NCBI RefSeq assembly: GCF_009914755.1
Contig: NC_060938.1
Reading direction: 5' to 3' (one strand)
DNA from: the human T2T-CHM13v2.0 reference genome, Homo sapiens
DNA length: 64,000 nucleotides
The first letter of the stretch is position 1. Every line of letters starts with the position of its first letter. The position numbers and the translations under genes were made by a program. Positions 35,970-49,156 of this stretch are shown here, one piece after another. Below the pieces are notes generated by a model that saw only the letters and a list, made by a program, of their open reading frames with translations, made no database searches and was not told the DNA's origin.

Positions 35970-38900
35970 TTAAAAATTCCTCCCTGGTCTCCAACTCTCT
36001 ACCTTTGGGAACACTACCTAAAGTCTTCAATAGAGATTTTCTCAATGTCTCCTTGGGAACACAAAGTACGTTCAGTTTGGTGGTATATGCAAAATGAAAC
36101 ATGTAGGAAAAAGTCTGTTTATTGACGGGGAAGATTACAACCCATGGGCTGGGCTGGGGAAATAGTAAGCCCCTCCCATGCTACCTCCCTTTATTTTTAC
36201 ATGAAGCCACACACTGTAGGATGAAAAAAAAAAAGAAAGAACTTTTACATGGATCATACCATCACAGCTGAGTGAGGCGAGGTCAAAAATCAACAGGCAA
36301 GGTCAAAATCCCAGATTTTTTTTTTTTTACTTCTGTTTAGCATATTTATGATTTAGATCTAGAAATCTCTGAACTTGCTTGGAATAATTGACTGATGTGA
36401 CAAAGTGAATCCACACACAAGGCTCTACATTATAGATCAGTCTTCTCTACATCAAAAGAAAACCCCCAAATTTACATACTTTATAAATAAATGTGTGTAT
36501 ATGCATATCTCTATATGTGTGTGTATTACAACATATTTTGTCTGCCTTTAAATTTGGTCATAATCATATCAAAATGTTCATTCTATCCTTGTTTTTCACT
36601 TTCCATAGGATTAAGTTATTCATCTTTTCTTCGTCTTATCTCATTTTCTAAGTTACTAGAAAATTTGATCCATGGGTAAAATTTTAAAAGACAGGGAAAT
36701 AGCTGCAAATTTCTATAAGCACTAGAATAATTTGCAGTCACTTTGTCAGTGATAGATCAGTTGTAGTCAGTTACCTCATGCTAAGGCATAAGGTAGGCTG
36801 TGTTAAACTGGGCTGTGGAATATGCACAATACCTGAGTTTCCAACTGTGGTTCCACTCGTTTCTTTACCATTCAAGAAACAAGGTGCAATGCAAGTAAGG
36901 AAGAGTGACTTTACAGAGTAAACATGACATCTGCTTATTTGAAGACTTCAGAATTAAGTTCACATCAAAACTATGTAGAACTTCCCTCCCTGCAAAGACT
37001 ATTGCGTACCATTCCTTTCCTGGCTCTTGGCATGCTATTGGCACGTTACATTTTAGAAACTCCAAAAAAATAGATTTTAAGCATCTGCCATGTACATTTA
37101 ACTTTTTACTTGAGTTTACTGACTATGAGAAACAGCATGTAGAAATAAGTTATACTACAGAATATGTTGTTTATATACCATGCAATGCAAGAGAGTAATT
37201 TCTATGTTTCAAAAGTAGTTCATGTTACTGGAAGAACATAATGACATGTTGTCCTAAGAGCATCTCCATTTAACTAAGATGTGATAAGAAAATCACCTTA
37301 TAATGTGTGCCTACTGCTAACTGGAATACTCATCATTTAATGCCCACCACTAGCTTGAAAGAAGGAATTTTACTCACTGTAAGAGTCAACCTATCCATTC
37401 TTCATTCAATTATTCTCTATAATTATTACAAGGCATCCATAAAAATTAAAGTGCTTCTAAGTCACTAAAAAAATGCATGTTATGATGAACTTCTTGGAAA
37501 ATTCATTAAGTAAAGGATAGAATTAAATTTACTAAAAGATTGTTTCATATATTATAAATATAAGTAGCCAAAGTGGTATTAATCAGAATATTTGTTTCCT
37601 TTAAGAGTTATGTCACGTATAAAAATGTGGTAAGAGAAAGGTTTTCTTTTCTCACCAGAACTAAAAATACTCTAAAATGTTTTGTCAATTAAGTATCAGC
37701 ACATAATCAGCCAGAGGTCAGGTATCTCTAAATCCACATAGAAGCACAGAATTGGAAGAATTTATCTCAGTGCATCAGCTTTGCTTTTCCTAATGCTCTC
37801 AAGAAGGAAAAATTGTATCTTCTTTAAAAATAATATTAGAAAATAATCCAAACATAAATTAGTTATGGGAATTAATAAACATAGATTAGTTACAGGGATT
37901 ACCCCTGGTGATAAAGTAGCATAGATGGAAGCAAAGAAATGAGGTAGGAAGGTTGCCCCCAAAAGAGACTTACTCTTCATCACTGTCACTTGGATTTTTT
38001 TATTAGATGTACTTTTGTATTACTTGTATAACTGAAAGTAAACTTAATTGGGAAATATTAAATGAGCATATACAGATACATGTATGAAGGAAAGAAAGAT
38101 GGGAGAAGGAGAAAAGTGTGAACGTGTACTTCAGGCAAAGACCCAGGATGAAAGAATAGGGCAGAATTCTTAATGAGAATTATGTGATGATGTTACAGCA
38201 ATTTTTAATAAAATCCATAACACCATTATACATTTATCCAAATAGAGAAATAAAATACAAAAGACAATCTTGTCTAAATGTGGTCACTTTTCTCAAATAA
38301 CCTTTCTGGACAGGTGTTCAGCTTCCTTTTATTTTCTCTTCCAAGTTTTTAATTACCCCCCCACTTTAATATCTCTCCTAATCTACGGAATCTTTTAAAA
38401 ATCTTATTCTTCATTATCCCTAATGAGTAATCACTCTATAGCCATGTGGATCAGCCTATACTATTTATCTCACACTTAATTATAAGTTTATGTGTCTCCT
38501 CCAATGTTAATGATTGTAAAAGAAATAGACCCCTAGGACTCAGCTCCCATTGTAACTGGTGTATTATGCAGGAATAAGGAACAACTTTCTAACCAGGTTG
38601 CTTAGATAAGGCTTCAGATTTCACATATCAATTTAATGTGGACAACTTTCATCTCTTGGAATGCTTAATAAAGATTTTATAGGTGCCTTTTAACTAAGAC
38701 TTAAATTTAATAAGTTTTTTGGAGTTAGGACCATTCGCCTCTGGCATAAAGAGCAAGTGATCTTTTTTGTTTACAGATATAACATCCCACTTCTAAATCT
38801 TATTTCTAAATTGTTTATTGGTCAGATTCAGAGGTATTAACTATAAAGGACAATTTTGCTCATTTGGAAAACATTTTGAAGGTTATTTTAATTAACGGAT

Positions 38901-40703
38901 AACTGTATCCATAATAAAATAAGGAAAAGTGTTTTTTATTGGTGTATCCTTGGAGACACATTTAAATGCTCTATAGATTTAGGAATACAAAGAATCCAGA
39001 ATATTCATGTCATTCTCTCCTGAAATCATAAAGCTCCATATAATTTGCATGATGCATTCTAGCAATAAAACATTTAACATTTACTAAGTATTTAATATAT
39101 GCCAGGCACTGAGCCATGGAGGAGGGATTCCAAAAAGCAAATTACAACCATAAGAATTCTTCCAAGTGGATTTTAGGTAAAATCAGCAGAGGGCATGAGC
39201 TTTCTAACCTCCCAGGCTAGAAAGAATTAGCCTAGAAGAAAATATGAATCTTGGGATTTACCTTACCATTTGTCCATGGCAGCCCTTCTGGCTGACACAG
39301 ATATTTTTGTTAGCTAGTCTACCGCTTTTATTTCCTTTCCATTCATTTCTCTTTAACATAGAAAGATTATATTGAGCCTCTAATAGACCCTAAAAATAAA
39401 CAAACAAAACAGTTTCACGATGTTTCTGTACTGCTAAATGTTGCTCTCATATCACTTAATCTTATTATATTTTACACTTTGAAAAGAAAAACCACCTTCA
39501 TTAAATCCTTTTAGGACCAAATAAGAGTATAAATGAAATAAATATTGTGAATTTGTAATCACTGTTGTTTTCCAAGTCTTGTACTTCTCTCTTTGCAGTT
39601 GTTATATCTAAAAGTTTTGGGTGTTCAGTGTTCTGCAGGATTACACAAATTAAAATAGAATTAATAGTATAAGAATAAGAGAAATCAGGCAGAGTAAGAC
39701 GGCCAAATAGAAGCCTACACCAATCATCCCCTCCCCCACAAGAACACCAAATTGAACTAGTATGCACACAATTAGAGCACCTTCATAAGAACCAAAGATC
39801 AGGTGAGTGATCACAGAGCCTAGTTTTAACTTCATGTCACTGAAAGAGGCACTGAAGAGAGTAGAAAAGACAGTCTTGAATTGCTGATGCCACCCCTCCC
39901 CCATCCTACAGCAGTGGGCCCCATGGAGTGTAGAGATAAACTGTGCACTTAGGGAAGGGAGAGCACAGTGATTGTGAGACTTTGCATTGGAACTCAGTGC
40001 TACCCTGTCACAGCAGAAAGAAATATCAGGCAGAACTCAGTCAATGCCCATGGAGGTTGCATTGAGACCAGTCCTACACAGAGAGGAATCACTGATCTCA
40101 GTGGTCAGAACCTAAGTTCTGGCAATCCTCATCACTGCAAGCTAAAATGCTCTAGGTTCTAAGTAAACTTAAAAAGGCAGTCTAGGCCAAAAGGACAGCA
40201 GTTCCTTGGCAAGTACTGGTACTGTGCTGATCTCAAAGCCAGTATACTTGTGGGGCATGTGACCTGTAAGACACAAGCTGGGGCAGCCAAGGTAGTGCTT
40301 AGTGCCACCCCTTCCCTAACCTCAGGCAGTGCAGCTCCCAACTCTGGGCTAGACTCCTTCTTTCTGCTTGATGAGAGGACAGAAAAGAGTAATGAGAACT
40401 TTGTCTTACAACTTAAATATCAACTCAGCAACAATAGGATAGGGCACCAAGCAGAGTTTTGAAGCCCGTATTCCAGGCCCTAGCTCCCAGATGACATTTG
40501 TAGACACTCTCTGGGCCAGAAGAGAACCCATTGCCTCAAAGGGAAGGGCCCAGTTCTGACATAATTTATTACTTGCTGACTGAAGAAACTTTGTCTGTGA
40601 ATAATCACAGCAGTAGCCAGGTAGTACTTGCTGTGGGCCCTGTGTGAGCTGGTTCATCCTCTCCCAGCTCCAGGAAGCTCAGCACAGAGAGAGAGAGAGA
40701 GAT

Positions 40704-40740
<37 letters not shown>

Positions 40741-42009
40741 CTCTGTTTGAGAGAAAGTAGTGGAAGACAAAAAGAGACTCTGCCTGGTAATCAAGAGAAT
40801 TCTTCCAGATTTTATACAAGACCTCAAGGGCAGACATCTGTGAGTCTGTAAGAACCACAGCATTACTGGGCTTGTGGTGCCTGCTAATACAAATATGGCT
40901 GCAGTGACAAAAACTTAGATTATAACACCCAAGCCCCTTTGAATAACTGGAAAGCATTGCCAGGAACAATGAGTACAGTCAAACCCAGCTGTGAATACTA
41001 CAATAAATACTTAACTCTTCAATGCCCAGACAGTGGTCAAACATCCACAAGCATCAAGTCAATCTAGGAAAACATGACCTTACCAAAAAAACTAATAAGG
41101 CACCAGTGACCAATCCTGGAGAGAAAGAGATATGAGGTCTTTCAGAGAATTCAGAATATTTAAAATAGCTGTTTTGAGGAAATTCAATGAAATTCAAGAT
41201 AACAGAGAAGGAATTCAGAATCCTATCTGATATATTTAACAAAAAGATTGAAATAATTAAAAAGAATCAAGCAGGAATTCTAGTGCTGAAAAGTTTAAGT
41301 GACATACTGAAGAATGCAACAGATTCTCTTAAAAGTAGAATGGATAAAGCAGAAAGAATTACTGAGCTTAAAGACAGGCTGTTTGAAAATAAACAATCAG
41401 AAGAGACAAAAGAAAAAAAGAATAAAAAACAATGAAGTATTCCTACAGAATCTAGAAAATAGTCTCAAAGGGGCAAATCTTAGAGTTATTGGTCTTAAAG
41501 AGGAGGTAGAGAGAAAGAGAGAGTGGTAGAATATTTATTCAAAGGGATAATTAAAGAGCACTTCCCAAACATAGAGAAAGATCTCAATATTCAAGTACAA
41601 GGTTATAGAACATCAAGTAGATTTAACCCAGAGAAGATTACCTCAAGATATTTAATAATCAAACTGCCAAAGGTCAAGGATTAAAAAAGGATATTAAAAG
41701 CAGCAAGAGAAAAGAAACAAAAATATAATTGAGTTCTAATATATCTGGCAGCAGACTTCTCACTGGAAACCGTTCAGACTATGACATACTTAAATTGCTA
41801 AAAGAAAAAACTTTTATCCTAGAATAATATATCCAAGGAAAGTATTCTTCAAACATAAAGCACAAATAAAAACTTCCCCAAAACAAACAAACAAACAAAC
41901 AAACAAGTGAAGGAGTTCATCAACACCAGACCTGTCCTACAAGAAATGCTAAAGGGAGTTCTTAAATCTGAAAGAAAAAGACATTACGAGCAACAATAAA
42001 ATATCTGGA

Positions 42010-42300
42010 GGCCAGGTGTGGCAGCTCAAATCTGTCATCCCAGCACTTTGGGAGGCCGAGGTGGGTGGATTGCTGGAGCTCAGGAATTTGAGACCAGCCT
42101 TAGTAACATGGTGAAACCCCATCTCTACTAAAAATACATATATTACCCAGGTGTGGTGGCACACACCTGTGGTCCCAGCTACTGGGGAGGCTGAGGTGGG
42201 GGGATCACTTGAGCTCAGGGAGGTTAAGGCTGCAGTGAGCAGTAATCATGCCACTGCACTCCAGCCTGGGCAACACAGTGAGATCCTGTCTCAAAAAAAA
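42010..42300 (+). mobile_element. AluJ
   Basis: J-type features 'ggattgctggagctcagga', 'gggggatcacttgagctcagggaggttaaggctgcagtgagc'. Confidence 0.9.
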
Positions 42301-42934
42301 ATTATCTTGAGGTACAAAACTCACTGGAAATAGTAATTACACAGACAATCATAGAATATTGTAACACTGTAATTGTGATACGTATACTACTCTTATCCTG
42401 GGTAGAAAAACTAAATGATGAACTGATCCAAAATAATATGTAGAAGTTCGGTTAGGGTGGTGGGAAAAGTTGAAAGAAAAAAAGTTATAGGGAAAGATGC
42501 AAATCTTCTTGGAAGGCCAGGAGGTTTTGCAAAAGCTTCAGGAGAGGATTATGGCTGAAGGCAGCCAAGTTCTCTCATCTGGGGGCTGAGAGCAAAGGGC
42601 AGATAACAAAGGAATGTGAAGGAACTTATCTAGATAAATCTGTTTACTTATGTCTCCAGAAACCAACCTTTAATCATTTGTGCACAGGACTGCTCTCTAC
42701 TCAGTGGGTCGACAATGTTTATTACCCACAAATTGTGTTTGCTCCAAGTCTTTGTCATTAAATCTGTACTAAATAAATGCAACCATCACTGGCTTAGGGG
42801 GACTGCTAACTCTCTTCGGCCCCTAGTGCCAGCAGTCCCCTAGCCCGCTCTTTCACTGAATATCTGTGTCTGAGTACTCCTCTCATCCGTTGCTCAGCCA
42901 GAGTCTACAGGACAGACTCAGCGGCAGCCAAGTG

Positions 42935-42952
42935 AGTGTCACCGTGTGAGGA
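42935..42952 (+). promoter_or_regulatory. Degenerate PBS, tRNA-Met-like
   Basis: 3' 11 nt CCGTGTGAGGA match TGGTGCCCCGTGTGAGGA; HML-5 is known to use tRNA-Met. Confidence 0.65.
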
Positions 42953-43076
42953 ACGCTGCAACAGATCACAATAGAACCCTCAAAAATGAAGGTGAAGAGA
43001 CTGCACAGTCAGTAAGTCATTGATGCCCGCTTGGGATTTCTATGTTTGAGGGAATTGTTCAGGCTAGGGTTTCATC

Positions 43077-43700
43077 AAGGGACAACAGTTATCAGCTCAA
43101 CAGCAACAGTATATAAAAGTATTGAAACAGCTGCTTAAAGCTAGCGGAGCCTCGGTTTTGCAGGCTCAACTAAGGGACCTAAAGCAAACTGTTGTTTCCC
43201 ATAACCCATGGTTTCCAAAAGAAGGTACACTAGACATAGAGCTCTGGGAACAAGTGGGGAGAAATCTTAAACAACATCATGTGCAAGGGCAATGGGTCCC
43301 AGTAACATCTTCGATGTTATGGGCTTTCGTTAGGGCTGCTTTGGTCTCACTCTACACAGAAGAGCCTAAAAAGGTAAGGGAGGAGGAATTGTCACCTACT
43401 TTACCACCACCTCCTTCTCCCTCAGCCCCGCCATTAAGAGGGAAAAATAACCAAGTGGAAATGGAGGTTTTGTCTGAGCCCTCTCAAATAAATTGGAAAA
43501 AAGACAATGGATATGCTACAACTATGGGACCCTGTCTTAGGCAAGTGGCATTAGAAGAAGAGCTCTTAGCCTGCCCAGTAAATGCAAGACTGACAAGCCA
43601 ATCAGGTGTATGAACCCATTTCTTTTGATGCTTATAAAGAGATAAGAAAAAGCATTAGAGAAAACGGAGCCACTAGCTCATTTACGAAAGGGTTAATTGA
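43077..43700 (+). pseudogene. gag: HML-5 gag remnant (matrix to start of capsid)
   Basis: In-frame (AAG)GQQLSAQQQQYIKVLKQLLKASG...NPWFPKEGTLDIELWEQVG; start codon position reads AAG instead of ATG. Confidence 0.85.
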
Positions 43701-43729
43701 GGTAACTCTGCAGACCTCTTTCTAATTTT

Positions 43730-45745
43730 GGCCACTGTTATTATCCCTCCTCTACCTCTGATACGGCTCTCTCAAGATCCAATTTGGGTAGAACAGTGGC
43801 CTTTAAAGGGAAAGAAATTGCAAAAAGCCCATGAATTAGCTGAAGAGTAATTAAAAGCTGGCCATGTAGAACCACCAAACAGCCCTTGGAATTCACCCAT
43901 TTTTGTCATTCCCAAAAGATCTGGCAAATGGAGGCTTTTGAATGACCTATGGGCTATCAATGCTAATTTGCAACCAATAGGGCCCCTTCAACAGGGCCTC
44001 CCTTCCCCCATGGCGATTCCTCAAGATTGGCCTGTAGTCATTATTGACTTAACTATTCTCCTTGCAGAACATGACAGAGAAAAAATTTGCATTTACAATA
44101 CCAGCTATCAATAATGAAAGGCCAGCTCAATGATTTCACTGGAAAGTACTTCCTCAAGGGATGCTGAACAGTCCTACCATGTGTCAGTATCATGTAAATC
44201 AGGCTTTGCTCCCCAGTAGAGAAGAATTTCCTAATTGCAAGATTATTCATTTTATGGATGATATTTTACTAGCACCCCCAACAGAGCCAGTACTTTTAAG
44301 TTTATATGCCTCTGTCGTAATGAATACACAGTTAAGAGGTTTAATCATAGCACCTGAAAAAGTACCATTGTCCTCTCCTTGGAAATATCTTGGATACATA
44401 CTAACTTCCTGGTCAGTAAGACCTCAAAAGGTTAAATACTAACAACTTACACACCTTAAATGTTTATCAAAAATTACTGGGCAATATTAATTGGCTTCAC
44501 TCCACCTTGGGCATAACTACTGATAAGTTACAAAACCTGTTTTCTACCCTAAAGGGCAATATAGCCCTACACTGTCCCAGGTATTTAACTCCTGCAGCAA
44601 AAAGGGAAATTGAGGAAGTAGAGCAAGCTCTTTCTCGGAGGCAACTAGATCGCATAGACCCATGATATTCAGTTCAATAGTTTGTTTTTCTTAGTAAACA
44701 TTCCCTAACAGGATTAATAAGATAGATGGCCCCAGGGCTATGCTTCCTAGAATGGGTTTTTTGCTCACTTACCAGGACTAAAACACTATCTCCCTACATC
44801 CAGCTAGTTAGTAAAGTTATCTATACAGGCCACAGATGATGCCATCAGTTGCTAGGTTATGACCCTGAGGTCATAAGAATTCCTTGAGTAAAAAGTAATT
44901 CGAAGCAGTATTGCCCTTATCTCTAGACATGCAAATAGCACTCTCTGATTACACAGGCCATATAGAGCATGCTCTTCCTGCTGACAAACTAGTTCAGTTC
45001 TTATGTCATACTCCTGTAGTTGCGCCTACAAAAGTAGTTCACTCCCCCATACCTAACACTTTAACACTTTTTACTGATGGCTCTGGTAAAAATGGAAAAG
45101 TGGCTGTTTGGTGGAGACCACATAATTCCCTCACTTGTTCTGGATTTACTAGTCCTCAGAGAGCTGAAGTTGGAGCCTTAATATTGGCCATGGATACCTT
45201 TTCTGCTCAGCCTATCAATATTGTTAGTGTTCTGCTTGCTCTGTTTATTTATTGCAGAACCTTGAAACAGCCCTCATTAAGTCCACTCTCAAGCCCACCC
45301 TGTGTGCACTTATTCTTCTATTTCAGCAATTGCTGGATCAATGTACACATCCTATTTTTATCAAACATATTTAGCCCACAGCTCACTGCCTGGCACTTTG
45401 GCTTATGGCAATGAACAGGAAGACCTGCAAGTTATGACGTCACTGCTTGACCAAGTCACTCAATCTCATCAATTTTTCCACCAAAATTGGAGGAACTTAA
45501 CTAAACAATTTCAACTTACCCAAAGACTAGCTAAATAAATTATCCTGCAATGCCCAGATTGCCAGTTCACAGGCACATCCCTTCCTTCAACAGGTGTTAA
45601 CCCTACAGGACTACAGCCTAATCAGTTATGGCAAACAGATGTTACACACATCCCTGAATTTGTAAAACTAAGATATGTAACATGTATCTGTTGATACCAA
45701 GTCTCACCTAATTAGCGCACATGCTCTTCCTGGCGAGTCCACCTG
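43730..45745 (+). pseudogene. pol: HML-5 pol remnant (RT, RNase H, N-terminal integrase) with frameshifts and stops
   Basis: PIWVEQWPLKG; [21 protein letters not shown]; LPQGMLNSPT; HFMDD (FMDD 44251-44262); LFTDGSG; HQFFH..CPDC; WQTDVTH. Confidence 0.9.
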
Positions 45746-46160
45746 ACAGCCACTTTTCTATTTTTACCAGAGCTTTATTAACCTTTTTAAATTCCCTCAT
45801 TCTACCTGCAACTGGTACCTGCTACACTCTATTGGGACCATCTTCTAAATCCGCCTTTCTTCCGCACTGCTACCTCAGTAGGCACCACCTTCCTAGCCTC
45901 TAATAATGTAATTGCTTGGCTGGAAGGGGTTAACATACCCCCAGTGGGGTTCCTTAGTAATGGCACACATTGAACTGAGGTGCCAAGTAACACTCCTTGA
46001 TTGGAAAAGAATGTTACTGATGATACTCATGTTTGTCTTATGTTATTTACTAATTCTAGGATGCAAAGCCAGAATACAAACAGTGACTGCAACGCCAGAC
46101 AAACCTGTTGTTGCACACATCTGTACTCTTCTATCAACAAAACCTGATGCAAAAAAACAG
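45746..46160 (+). pseudogene. env: Short HML-5 env remnants (TM/cytoplasmic tail)
   Basis: Hydrophobic stretch MLLMILMFVLCYLLILGCKA just upstream of the PPT. Confidence 0.6.
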
Positions 46161-46729
46161 AAAAGGGGGAGATGTAGGAGTTTGGTTAGGGTGGTGGGAA
46201 AAGTTGTAAGAAAAAAAGCTATAGGAAAAGATGCAAACCTTCTTGGAAGGCCAGGAGGTTTTGCAAAAGCTTCAGGAGAGGATTATGGCTGAAGGCAGCC
46301 AAATTCTCTTATCTGGGGGCTGAGAACAAAGGGCAGATAACAAGGGAATGTAAAGGAACTTATCTAGATATATCTGTTTACTTATGTGTCCAGAAACCAA
46401 CCTTTGATCATTTGTGCACAGAACTTTTACTCTGGGGGTCGACAATGTTTATTATCTACAAATTGTGTTTGCTCCAAGACTTTGTCACTAAATTTGTACT
46501 AAATAAATGCGAGCATTGCCAGCTTAGGGGGACTGCTAACTCTTTTTGGCCCCTAGTTCCGGCAGTCCCCTAGCCCGCTCTTTCACTGGATATCTGTGTC
46601 TGAGTACTCCTCTCAACCATCACTCGGCCAGAGTCTGCAGGACAGACTTGGCAGCAATAATAACCACAACTTTTCAAGATATAGACAGTACAATAAGATA
46701 TAAACAGAAACAATAAAAAGTTAAAAATC

Positions 46730-47020
<291 letters not shown>

Positions 47021-49156
47021 AAAAAAGTTAAAAAGCAATGGGATAAATTTGTAAGTAGAGTTTTTATAAGTTTTCTCTGTGCTTCTTTGTTAATTAGTTT
47101 GTTTCTGCAATCTAGGCTAAGTTGTCATCAGATGAAAAGAATGAATTATAAGGTATTACTTGCAAACCTCATGGTAACCACAAATTGAAAAAATATACAA
47201 CAGATACACAAAAAATAATAGTGAATAAATTAAAACACACCACCAGAGTAAATTCCCTTTACTAAAAGGAAGACAGGAAGGAAGGAAAGAAGTAATAGTA
47301 GACCACAAAACAACCAGAAAACAAACAAAATGGCAGAAGTAAGTCTTATCAATAATAACACTGAAGGTACATGGACTAACCTCTCCAATAAAAAAACATA
47401 GAGTGGTTGAATAAATAAGTTAAAAAAGAACCAACAATTTATAAGGAAATGCATAGACTAAAAGTAAGGGGATGGAAAAAAATATTCAATGCAAATGGAA
47501 ACCAAAAAAGAAAAGATGTAGCTATACTTACATCAGAAAAAAAGAGATTTCAGACAAAAACTACAAAAAGAGACAAGGAAGGTCACTATAATGACAAAAA
47601 GGTAAATTCAACAAGAGGATAAAATAGTTTTAAATATATATACCCCCAACACTGGAGCACCCAGATATGTAAACAAAATATTAATAGAACTAAAAGGAGA
47701 GATACACCATAATACAGTAATAGCTGGAGTCATCAACATCTTTCTTTCAGCATTGGACAGATCATCCATACAGAACATCAACAAAGAAACATTGAATTTA
47801 ATCTGCACTATAGACCAAATGGACCTCATAGGTTTTTTATAGACTATTTCATCATCCAACAGCTGCCAAATACACATTCTTGTCCTCAGCACAGGGAGTA
47901 TTCTCAAGATTAGACCATATGTTGGGCCACAAAACTAATCTGTAAGATTTCCAAAAAAATGAAATCATATCAAGTATTTTCTCTGACCACAATGGAATAA
48001 AATTAGAAATCAATCGCAAGAGGAATCTTGGAAACTGTACATATACATGGATATTAAACAATATGCTTCAGAATGACCAGTGGGTCAATAAAGAAATTAA
48101 GAAGGAAATTTAAATGTTTTAAAACAAATAATAACGGGAACACAATATGTCAAAACTTGTGGAATACAGTGAAAGCAGTACTAAGAGGAAAGTTTAGATC
48201 TACAATGGCCTATATCAAAACAGTAGAAAAACTTTAAATAAACTACCTAACAATCTTAAAGAACTAGAAAAGCAAGAGCAAGCCAACCCTAAAATGATTA
48301 GAAGAAATTATAAAGACCAGAGTAGAAATAAATGAAATACAAATGAAGAAAAATACACATGATCAATAAAATAAAAAGTAGTTTTTGAAAAGTTAAACAA
48401 AATTGACATATTTTTAGCCAGGCTAAGAAAAAAAAGATAGATGCCTAAAATAAATGAAATTTGAGATAAAAAGAGGAGACATTACAACTGATACCACAGA
48501 AATTCAAAGCATAATTAGAGGCTACTATGAGCAACAATATGTCAATAAATTGGAAAATGTAGAAGAAATAAATACATTTCTAGACACATACAACCTATCA
48601 AGATTGAACTATGAAGAAATTCAAAATATGAATAGGCAAATAGCAAGAAATAAGATCAAGGCCATAATAAAAAGCCACCTGGTAAAAAAAAAAAAAAGGC
48701 TGGGAAATGATGGCTTCACTGCTGATTTCTACCAAACATTTACAGAATTAATACCAATCCTACCTACATTATTCCAAAAAATAGAGGAGGAGGGAATACC
48801 TCCAAAACTCATTCTACAAGCCCAGTATTATCCAGATACTAAAATAAAAGGCACATCAAAAAACAAAAATTACAACCCAATATCCCTGATGAATATTGAT
48901 GCAAAAATCCTCAACAAAATACTAGCAAACTGAATTCAACAACACATTTAAAAGATCATTCATTATTACCAAGAGGGATTTATCCTAGGGTGCAAGGATG
49001 GTTCAACATAAGCAAAGCAATATGATACATCATATCAACAGAATGAAGCACAAAAATATATGATCACGACAAATGATATTGAAAAAGCATTTGATAAAAT
49101 TCAACATCCCTTCATGATAAAAATCTTCAAACAACTGAGTATAGAAGGAATGTATC

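Larger units (their letters stand above)
42439..46656 (+). mobile_element. Internally deleted HERV-K(HML-5)/HERVK22 provirus: 5' LTR22 42439-42926, 3' LTR22 46173-46656
   Basis: Two LTRs (TGTAG..GGGTGGTGGGAAAAG..GCA), roughly 9% diverged by eye; 6-bp TSD ataata (42433-42438/46657-46662); PPT aaaagggggaga 46161-46172; betaretroviral gag/pol remnants. Confidence 0.9.

Noticed and set aside
48454-48933. 159-aa ORF with RT-like similarity
   Set aside because: Fragment of disrupted L1 ORF2, already covered by the L1 feature.
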